From Candidatus Eiseniibacteriota bacterium (GTDB lineage Bacteria > Eisenbacteria > RBG-16-71-46): a stretch of DNA of 34,589 bases. Made by a program: the position numbers and the translations under genes. Shown here piece by piece: positions 27,007 to 34,589 of the stretch (within the stretch, counting starts at the first letter, position 1; each line of letters begins with the position of its first letter). Under the pieces are notes generated by a model. It was not told where the DNA came from, ran no database searches, and saw only the letters and a list, made by a program, of their open reading frames with translations. The stretch is from positions 1-34,589 of the forward strand of contig JBGAOA010000045.1 in assembly GCA_044222065.1 (NCBI GenBank). Reading direction: 5' to 3'.

Positions 27007-28256
27007 CCCTCGTGCGAACGAGCGCCGGCAGCGCTTCGCTGATCGAGGGCTATCGAGCCGTGGTGGGCGACGGCCCCATGCGATCGCTCGAGGCGCTGGC
27101 TCGCTCGCTGCGTGGTCACCGCGTCGTGATGGTCAACTCGACGGCGACGGGCGGGGGCGTCGCCGAGATCCTGCACCGCATGGTGCCGCTGCTCGAGGAA
27201 CTCGGAGTCCCGACGACCTGGGAGGTGATGCCCGGCGACGCCCGCTTCTACGAGATCACCAAGACCATCCACAATGCCCTGCACGGCGCACCGGGCACAC
27301 TCGACGACGAGGAGCGCGCATACTTCGTCGAGACCAATCGGCGCGCCGCCGCGCAACTGGCACTCGATGGTGACCTCGTGATCATCCACGACCCGCAGCC
27401 CGTGGGGCTGGCGCAGCTTCGCCGCGCCCGGGGCCAGCGCTGGCTCTGGCGATGCCACATCGACCTATCGCGGGCGAATCGGGAGGTGCTCGACTTCATC
27501 GTGCCCCGCGTCGAGCAATACGACGCCGCTGTGTTCTCGCACGTGGCGTTCGTGCCGCCGCTGACCACGCCTGGGTTCCTGGCTCCACCGTCGATCGACC
27601 CGCTCTCCGACAAGAACCGGGAGTTGTCCGAAGCCGAGATCGACGCGCTTCTCGCGCCCTTCGGACTGCCCGCCGAGACGCCACTGGTGACCCAGGTCTC
27701 CCGCTTCGATCGACTCAAGGATCCCGTGGGCGTGATCGACGCATTCCTCATGGCCCGGCGTCGAGAACGGGCGCACCTCGTGCTCGCCGGCGGCACGGCT
27801 GATGACGACCCCGAAGGGGCTGCAGTGCTTGCTGAGGCGCGGGAACGGGCGTCCGGCAGGCGAGACATCACGCTACTGTCGCTGCCGCCCGACGCGCACA
27901 AGATCATCAATGCACTCCAGCGTCGCTCTTCAGTCGTGCTCCAGAAGTCCTTGCGCGAGGGCTTCGCGCTGACGGTCTCCGAGGCGCTCTGGAAGCGGCG
28001 GGCGGTCGTGGCCAGCGCCGTCGGCGGGATCCCCCTGCAGGTACTCCACGAGCGCACCGGGCTTCTGGTCCGTTCGGTGGAGGGCTGCGCGCTGCAGATC
28101 GTGCGATTGCTTCGCGACGGCGCCCTCCGCCGCCGGCTCGGACGCGAGGGACGCGAGCACGTCCGGGACAACTTCCTGCATCCGCGCGAGGTACGCGACT
28201 ACCTCGCGATCTTTGCTCACTTGTTGCAGGAGGCCGAGCGTTGGCACGCCGCGTGA
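27003..28256 (+). CDS. treT: Trehalose glycosyl-transferring synthase (GT4)
   Basis: VNSTATGGGVAEIL, IHDPQP, WRCHID, PPSIDPLSDKN, QVSRFDRLKDP and QKSLREGFALTVSEALWK motifs. Confidence 0.9.
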   Translation: MTLVRTSAGSASLIEGYRAVVGDGPMRSLEALARSLRGHRVVMVNSTATGGGVAEILHRMVPLLEELGVPTTWEVMPGDARFYEITKTIHNALHGAPGTLDDEERAYFVETNRRAAAQLALDGDLVIIHDPQPVGLAQLRRARGQRWLWRCHIDLSRANREVLDFIVPRVEQYDAAVFSHVAFVPPLTTPGFLAPPSIDPLSDKNRELSEAEIDALLAPFGLPAETPLVTQVSRFDRLKDPVGVIDAFLMARRRERAHLVLAGGTADDDPEGAAVLAEARERASGRRDITLLSLPPDAHKIINALQRRSSVVLQKSLREGFALTVSEALWKRRAVVASAVGGIPLQVLHERTGLLVRSVEGCALQIVRLLRDGALRRRLGREGREHVRDNFLHPREVRDYLAIFAHLLQEAERWHAA

Positions 28257-28368
28257 TTGTCGGCGTCGAAGCCGGGAGCATCTCCCCCCGGCCAGCAGGG
28301 AACTCGACAAGCCCGTGTTCAGCTCCGTGCTGGAGCCCTGACCCAGACCATTGGAAATGGAGGGACGA

Positions 28369-28899
28369 ATGGCGAACAAGGTCCGTCGCGTGATCGCGCT
28401 GGGCGCCGCGCTGCTGTGCGCGTCGACGCTTCCGGTGAGTTGCGCGAAGAAGTCCATTCAGGCGCGTCCGCAGCCTGTCCCACCAGCGCCGGCCCCGCAT
28501 GCGGAATCGACGCAGGCACCCGATCCATCGCTCACTACGACCCCCGCTCCGCCACCTGCCGCGAAGGCGTCGGACTTCCGGGATCTCTACTTCGCGTACG
28601 ATCAGTCGAACCTCGACGAGGTCGCGAGAGCGGCCCTCGATGCCAACGCCAAGCTCCTGCGGGATCACCCGGAACTCCAGATCACGATCGAGGGGCATTG
28701 CGACGAGCGTGGGACCGTCGAGTACAACCTCGGCCTCGGCGAGCGAAGGGCGAGTGCCGCGCGTGACTACCTCACCGCCGCGGGTGTGAAGGCCACGCAG
28801 ATCCACACGATCTCGTTCGGTAAGGAACGTCCGTTCTGCTCGGAATCGAACGAGACCTGCTGGGCCAGGAACCGCTGCGGACACTTTGTCCTGCGATGA
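28369..28899 (+). CDS. pal: Peptidoglycan-associated lipoprotein (OmpA-like domain)
   Basis: GGAGG RBS; lipobox PVSC; IEGHCDERGTVEYNLGLGERRA, ISFGKERP and NR motifs. Confidence 0.9.
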   Translation: MANKVRRVIALGAALLCASTLPVSCAKKSIQARPQPVPPAPAPHAESTQAPDPSLTTTPAPPPAAKASDFRDLYFAYDQSNLDEVARAALDANAKLLRDHPELQITIEGHCDERGTVEYNLGLGERRASAARDYLTAAGVKATQIHTISFGKERPFCSESNETCWARNRCGHFVLR

Positions 28900-29014
28900 C
28901 CTGGTTGCCACCGGACAAACCCCAGGACGAGGGCATCGCGCAGCTCATCCGTACCGGCGTGCTCCCGCCAGGTCGGCAGCGCAATCCGAATTCGCCGCCT
29001 TTGCAGGGGCGACC

Positions 29015-30856
29015 GTGAGTCCGATCCGCCGAATCGCTCACGAGGCCCGACGGATGGAGCTCCACTCGGTCGGCCGAATGGTCGCGCTGAGTTCCCTGCT
29101 CGGCGGCGTCGCGGGGCTTGGGGCGATCGTCTTCCAGTACCTCTGCCAGATCTGCTCTCGACTCTTTCTCGATCAGCTGGCGGGCCTGCGCATGGAGAGC
29201 CCTGCCGGCGAGACGGCACTCGTCCATCCCTCCCACTCGGCGTTTCATCCGTGGATGCTCCCGATCGTCGCGGGCGTGGGAGGCCTGCTCACAGGCCTCA
29301 TCGTGCAGCGATTCGCGCCCGAGGCCGCGGGGCACGGAACGGACGAAGCGGTGGACGCCTTCCACCGACGTGGCGGCGTCATTCGAGGACGTGTCCCGAT
29401 CGTCAAGACGATCGCTTCCGCGCTCACCCTCGGTTCGGGCGGTTCCGGTGGTCGCGAGGGCCCCATCGCGCAGATCGGCGCGGGTTTTGGGTCCTTCCTC
29501 GCCACTCGTCTCGGCTTGAGTGAGCGAGAAAGGCGCATCCTGCTCGCCGCCGGTGTCGGCGCCGGCGTCGGAAGCATCTTCCGCGCACCACTGGCGGGCG
29601 CGTTGTTCGCCGCTGAAGTGCTCTACTCCGATCCGGAGTTCGAGCCGGACGCGATCATTCCCGCAGCGATCTCGTCGATCGTCGCGTACTGCGTCTTCTC
29701 GTTGAAGTTCGGGTTCGGAGCGCTCTTCGACACGCCGCGGTTCTCGTTCCATTCCGCTGCGGAGCTGCTCCCCTACACGCTTCTGGCGGTCGTCGTGGCG
29801 ATGGCATCGGGACTGTTCGTGAAGGTGTTCTACGGAACCCATGCGGTGTTCAACCGCCTTCGACTTCCCAAGGCGCTGAAGCCGATGATCGGCGGCATCC
29901 TCACCGGCGGCCTGGCGCTGCTGTCGTACTACGGCGCTCACGATGCGCGTACGCTCGACGTCCTGTCGTTCGGCTACGGTTCGATTCAGCACGCCCTTCG
30001 CGGCGAGGTGTCGCTCCTGGTCCTCCTCGTGCTCGCGATCGGCAAGATCCTCACGACGTCCGTCTCCATCGGCTCAGGTGGCTCCGGAGGCGTCTTCGGC
30101 CCTTCGATGGTGATCGGTGGCGCGCTGGGAGGCGCCGTCGGCCTGCTCGCCCACCAATGGATGCCAGGCGTAGTGACGCAGCCGGGAGCGTATGTGGCCG
30201 TGGGCATGGCCGGCTTCTTCGCTGCGGCGGCGAACACACCCATCTCGACGCTGGTGATGGTCTCGGAGATGACCGGGAACTACCAGCTTCTGCTGCCCTC
30301 GCTCTGGGTGTGCGCGATCTCGTACCCGCTCGCGCGTCGCTGGACGCTTTATCGAAGCCAGGTCGCCAGCCGCCTCGATTCGCCGGCCCATCGCGGGGCC
30401 ATCTTTGGCGGTCTGCTCAAGTCGTTGCGCGTCGGGGCGGTCCTCCGAGGCCGCCCCATGCACACGATTGACGAGACCGCCAGCATGAGCGAGGTGGTTC
30501 AGAGTTGCATGACCTCTTCGCAGCACTGCTTCCCGGTGGTCAATCGAGAGGGCGAGATGACGGGCCTTATCACGCTGGCTCAAGTGCGCCAGTTCCTCGA
30601 CGACAAAGACGAGAACGGGCCGGCCATCGCACACGATCTCGCCACGCGCCCGCGTTCGCCCCTTTCTCCCGACGACGACCTCGATCGCGCGCTCCAGCGA
30701 CTCATGGCGCTCGATGTCGAGGAGCTTCCCGTGGTGGAGGCGTCGAATCCCCGGCATGTGCTCGGCATCCTCTCGCGGCGCGACATCATCGCGGCCTATG
30801 CCGGGAGTCGACTGGGCTCGGGCCCCGTGATCCCCGATGGAGTCGTCCACACTTGA
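29015..30856 (+). CDS. CLC-family chloride channel/transporter with two CBS domains
   Basis: GHGT, GREGP, FRAPLAG, GGVFGP and TLY motifs; C-terminal CBS pair; start GTG 29015 or ATG 29054. Confidence 0.92.
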   Translation: MSPIRRIAHEARRMELHSVGRMVALSSLLGGVAGLGAIVFQYLCQICSRLFLDQLAGLRMESPAGETALVHPSHSAFHPWMLPIVAGVGGLLTGLIVQRFAPEAAGHGTDEAVDAFHRRGGVIRGRVPIVKTIASALTLGSGGSGGREGPIAQIGAGFGSFLATRLGLSERERRILLAAGVGAGVGSIFRAPLAGALFAAEVLYSDPEFEPDAIIPAAISSIVAYCVFSLKFGFGALFDTPRFSFHSAAELLPYTLLAVVVAMASGLFVKVFYGTHAVFNRLRLPKALKPMIGGILTGGLALLSYYGAHDARTLDVLSFGYGSIQHALRGEVSLLVLLVLAIGKILTTSVSIGSGGSGGVFGPSMVIGGALGGAVGLLAHQWMPGVVTQPGAYVAVGMAGFFAAAANTPISTLVMVSEMTGNYQLLLPSLWVCAISYPLARRWTLYRSQVASRLDSPAHRGAIFGGLLKSLRVGAVLRGRPMHTIDETASMSEVVQSCMTSSQHCFPVVNREGEMTGLITLAQVRQFLDDKDENGPAIAHDLATRPRSPLSPDDDLDRALQRLMALDVEELPVVEASNPRHVLGILSRRDIIAAYAGSRLGSGPVIPDGVVHT

Positions 30857-31064
30857 CCGAACCCTACGCCGGGACCACTGGTTCTCATTTCCCGGCGGAT
30901 CGAGATACGACCTCACGGGAACGCAGTTCATCAACCTTGCATCGGGTACGCACACGATCGAGCTGTCCGCCGAAGTGTTGGACACGGGCGTGTACGCCCC
31001 GCCCGAGGTCGGCGGAAGCGGGCCGTCCATGCCTCAGTTGATCGTTCAGGTGATCCCGCAATGA
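30857..31064 (+). pseudogene. Orphan 3' gene fragment (beta-strand-rich C-terminus)
   Basis: Protein-like TQFINLASGTHTIEL..QLIVQVIPQ* with no credible start or RBS. Confidence 0.4.
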
Positions 31065-31320
31065 TGAGCGCTCTCGACCTGCGCTGATGTTCGTCGAGTG
31101 AGGCGAAGGCGGAACCTGAATCGAACGTGCTGACGAGGTCGCGCAAATCCGACGCGCGGAGGAATGGTCACTCTCGCAGGGAACGCCTCGGCCTCACCGC
31201 CCCGCCGCCCTCCCCCGCCACCGTCCCGCTCGACCACGCCCACTGGAAGTTGATGGTCCGCTTCCAGACTGAAGTTCACGGTGCACGGTTTTCGGCCGGA
31301 GCGGGTCACTTCCGCCAGAC

Positions 31321-32420
31321 CTATCCCCGCTTCGTCGCTTCCTTCAGCCGAAAGGACACCTCATACAGTCTGAGGTCGACGTTCGAGACGGCATCGAGCG
31401 CGTAGTGCTGGACGGCTCGTCCTCGTGAGCCACGATCAGCCCGTCAACTCGGTCCCCGTCGCGCGCGAGGTGCTTCTTGACCCATCCCACGTAGCGGAGC
31501 ACCTGTCCGACGGTCTGGTCGCTCGTCTGCTGTCGCTTGAGCTCGACCACGAGCCACCTCGCGTCGGTCTTGTGCTTGGCGAGCAGGTCGATGCGGCCGA
31601 TGTCGGTCGCGTACTCGTAGCCGGCGTCGGCATCGCCGTCCTCCTCGAAGATCCGCCACTCCTTGCCGAGGTCGGTGCGCTCCCAGTTGTCGCGAAGGAA
31701 CTCGTGGAGATGACGCTCGAGCCCGAACATCTGGCTCCCCGACTCGATCGCCTCGGGTTCCGAAGCAGGCGTGGAGCCGACATCGAGATCACGATCGTCA
31801 CTTCCCGGAGTCCGCGAAGCCGAGGTCATTCGCCACCACAGCGCATCGAGAAGCCAGAGATCGACGTTGAGCGCGGAGGCACAGCGCAGGATCACGTCGT
31901 TCACCTTCGCGTAGCGCGTTCCGAGTCCGGCCGGCCGCGGCAAATTCGGCCAGACGCCCGCACCGTGCATGCCCGCTTCGGTCGTGTTGTTCCACACGCC
32001 GTACTTGTCCGGGTGCATCACCAGCAAGATCGGCGTCAGAATCGCCTTTCCCAGGTGAGGCACGTAGCTTTTTCCCCGGGCAGGGACCAGTTCATTGAGT
32101 CGCTCCTCAATGGGACGACCCTCGTCGAGCAGGATGGCGAGGGCCCTTCGCAATCGCGGCATGTCTGCGCAGATGGAGGGCCCTTTGCGCTGAAGCGCGG
32201 CCCAGTGGCAGTTGTTCTCGAAGACGAGGAACTCGCGAAAGGCTTCGGCGGTCAGCCGCGACAGATTCTCCGCGGCGAACACGGGCTGGAAACGTGCGAG
32301 AACTCCATCGCGCGCGGCGACCAGCTTCTCGAGCTTCGGGTCGGTGAGCGAACCATCCGCTCTGCGGGTCAACGCCGCCCGCATTTGAGAGGTCGCGATT
32401 CGAATCCGGGCTTCGTCCAT
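31321..32420 (-). CDS. NucS/PD-(D/E)XK-domain endonuclease with N-terminal helical domain; frameshift near 31410
   Basis: LERHL, GRIDLL, VVELK and GQVLRY motifs; the natural-looking C-terminus HYALDAVSNVDLRLYEVSFRL lies in another frame ending at TAG 31321-31323. Confidence 0.8.
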
Positions 32421-32436
32421 CGAGTGCTCCCTCGGA

Positions 32437-33381
32437 TTACTTCAGGAACCGCTCGTCCATGTGCCATTCGAGCCACTGCCGGCTCGGGTGCTCCGACTCG
32501 GACGCTGGAAGGTGGATCGTGGATCCGTGATGCGGGTAGTAGCTCTTCCCGTTCGAGAAGTCATCCTTCAGTCGCGGGCTCACAACGAAGCGGTAGTCGG
32601 GCGTGACGCCGACGTAGCCCCTGTCGAACAGCCGGTGGATGTCGCTGCGCAGCAGGAGACCATTCGAGACTTCGTGACTTCCGCCCTCGCCGTAAGGCCG
32701 GATGTGCGCGGCTTCGAGCGCGGGCACCGAGTGTTCCCGCGTGACCGCGCACGCGCGACGGTAGGCTCCGGTGACTGCGAGCCGAAAGATCCCCTGACCG
32801 AGTCGCGGCTGCACGAGCGTTCCGGGTCCGTAGCGCGCTTCCCCGAGCTCTCGAGCGATTCCCGGTTCCGCGACTCGCTCGCGAGCGAACAACCTCGCCT
32901 TGAAGGCTTCCCAGATTCGCTTGCCCTCGCCCGAATCGAGCTCGTAGTCCTTGCGCTTGACGATCTCGTCCGACCAATCCTCGGGGCCCTCGATCCACTC
33001 CGACGCGGCGAGGAACACGGGCTCCGCGAGCATGATGCAGCCGATGACGTGGCCGTCCAGTGGTGCAACCGTCTTCTTCAACTTGCGCAGGCGACCACCG
33101 ATCAGACGCTTGAAGCTCGCGTAGTCAGGCGTCCCGTTCTTCTGGCCGAACGCTTCCCACGCGAGCCACACCTCGCTCGATGAGAAGCTCGCGAAGAACC
33201 CTACTCCGCAGATTCCGCCGCCCTGCTCCTTGTGGTGCTTGAAGAAGACAGGCGTGCCGACGGACAGGCCCTTCGGCGGCCTCGGGCCCGCCGGCTGCCA
33301 GAAGTTCACCTCGTCGATCGAGGCCTGGCGCGACAGGAACTGGAACCAGTTCCAGTCCGTCACGAGAACCATGGCTTTCAT
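32437..33381 (-). CDS. HNH endonuclease (putative restriction endonuclease)
   Basis: RLGQGIFR..YRRACAVT..LEAAHIRPY..NGLLLRSDIHRLFDRG; N-terminal TDWNWF..EVNFWQP domain. Confidence 0.9.
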   Translation of the reverse strand: MKAMVLVTDWNWFQFLSRQASIDEVNFWQPAGPRPPKGLSVGTPVFFKHHKEQGGGICGVGFFASFSSSEVWLAWEAFGQKNGTPDYASFKRLIGGRLRKLKKTVAPLDGHVIGCIMLAEPVFLAASEWIEGPEDWSDEIVKRKDYELDSGEGKRIWEAFKARLFARERVAEPGIARELGEARYGPGTLVQPRLGQGIFRLAVTGAYRRACAVTREHSVPALEAAHIRPYGEGGSHEVSNGLLLRSDIHRLFDRGYVGVTPDYRFVVSPRLKDDFSNGKSYYPHHGSTIHLPASESEHPSRQWLEWHMDERFLK

Positions 33382-33532
33382 GGATTGGCAGGGTAGCGCA
33401 GGTGCGGGAGTGGATCACTGCAAGAGGGGCGATGCACATCACCACGGAGATTTCCTCGACCGCGAGCCGCGCCTGCAATGCATACGGCCCCGCGGTCCGC
33501 CGGCCCCGCGTCCTCCGGGTGTGGTTCCGCGC

Positions 33533-34589
33533 CTACTCCTTCACACGCGTCTGCAAGTCACCAAGAATGCTCTCGACCTGCTCCAGCGCCGAGCGCAGGT
33601 CGTCGGCGATCTCCTGCGCCAGCACGTGCGGCTCAGGAAGGTTGGCGCTGTCCTCCAGGCTCTCGTCGCGCAGCCACGTCAGGTCGAGGCTCACCTTGTC
33701 GCGGGCGATCAGCTCGTCGTAGCCGTACGCGCGCCAACGGCCGGCGGGGTTCTTCTCGCTCCACGTGGGCTTGCGCTTCTGGCGCTCGCCGGGCTTGTAG
33801 CACGCCACGAACTCGTCGAGGTCGGCCCGCGTCATGCGGTTGGTCTTGAGCGTGAAGTGCGTGTTCGTGCGCAGGTCGTAGACCCAGAGCTTCTTCGTCC
33901 ACGGCTCCTTCGCGCCGGGCTTGCGGTCGAAGAACAGCACGTTCGCCTTGACGCCCTGCGCGTAGAAGATGCCGGTGGGCAGCCGCAGCAGCGTGTGGAC
34001 GTCGCACTCGTGCAGGAGCTTGCGCCGCACGGTCTCGCCGGCGCCGCCCTCGAACAGCACGTTGTCGGGCACCACGACGGCAGCGCGGCCATGGATCTCC
34101 AGCAGGCTCTTCACGTGCTGGACGAAGTTGAGCTGCTTGTTGGACGTCGTGGTCCAAAAGTCGGGGCGGTTGTAGGTGAGCGATTCGCGGTCGGTCTCGC
34201 CCTCTTCGTTCACGATCGTGATGGACGACTTCTTCCCGAACGGCGGGTTGGTGAGCACGACCGGGAAGTGCTTGCCGGGCTCGTCGCGCAGCGCGTCGTC
34301 GGTGCGCACGGGCGGATCGTACTCGTCGTCGTCGGGGCCGACGCCGTGCAGGAACAGGTTCATCGCGCACAGGCGCGCAACGCCGGGCACCAGCTCCACG
34401 CCACGCAGCGCGTCCAGCCGCAGGTGCTTCTTCTGCGAGCGGTCGAGCTTCTCGCCGAACTCGCGCGTGATGTAGCCATGCGTGGCGAGAAGGAAGCCGC
34501 CGGTGCCGCACGCGGGATCGATCACGGTCTCCCCCGGCTGCGGCTGCACGCATTCGACGATCGCCTCGATCAGCACGCGCGGCGTGAAG
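33533..34589 (-). CDS. hsdM: Type I restriction-modification N6-adenine methyltransferase (5' end beyond window)
   Basis: FTPR at the window edge, DPACGTGGF motif I, TNPPFG motif IV, LRLPTGIFYAQGVKANVLFF. Confidence 0.93.
   Translation of the reverse strand, partial: FTPRVLIEAIVECVQPQPGETVIDPACGTGGFLLATHGYITREFGEKLDRSQKKHLRLDALRGVELVPGVARLCAMNLFLHGVGPDDDEYDPPVRTDDALRDEPGKHFPVVLTNPPFGKKSSITIVNEEGETDRESLTYNRPDFWTTTSNKQLNFVQHVKSLLEIHGRAAVVVPDNVLFEGGAGETVRRKLLHECDVHTLLRLPTGIFYAQGVKANVLFFDRKPGAKEPWTKKLWVYDLRTNTHFTLKTNRMTRADLDEFVACYKPGERQKRKPTWSEKNPAGRWRAYGYDELIARDKVSLDLTWLRDESLEDSANLPEPHVLAQEIADDLRSALEQVESILGDLQTRVKE

Noticed and set aside
1..34589. tRNA, rRNA, integrase or att sites
   Set aside because: None recognisable by eye.

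Overview
High-GC bacterial window, probably from an FCB-superphylum lineage such as Ca. Eisenbacteria (inferred from the many FlgD/T9SS-like C-terminal domains and a 'SWGxLK' tail), with three zones. (1) 1-18.5 kb: secreted proteins (S8 protease, two NHL propellers, an 8-repeat propeller, unknown domains) carrying interchangeable C-terminal sorting tails, plus a LytS/LytTR pair, DinB, a MarR-GNAT fusion and a CPBP protease. (2) 18.5-30.9 kb: a degenerate IS3 followed by an osmotic-stress/trehalose island (mscS, tetR, usp, otsB, otsA, TM-helix protein, DUF5752/OrfY-like, treT, pal, CLC-CBS) with gene remnants at both ends. (3) 31.3-34.6 kb: a defence cluster (hsdM, HNH nuclease, frameshifted NucS-like nuclease). 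The most novel signals are cis-regulatory and read directly from the DNA: a TGACC-N4-GGTCA TetR operator shared by the tetR and otsA/otsB promoters, a GCCGTTCGTCCC LytTR-type box upstream of the genes flanking the two-component system, a shared 32-bp ECF-promoter-like motif, a MarR palindrome over a leaderless promoter, and a 123-bp MITE-like element. Start codons were refined by eye from RBS and signal-peptide evidence.
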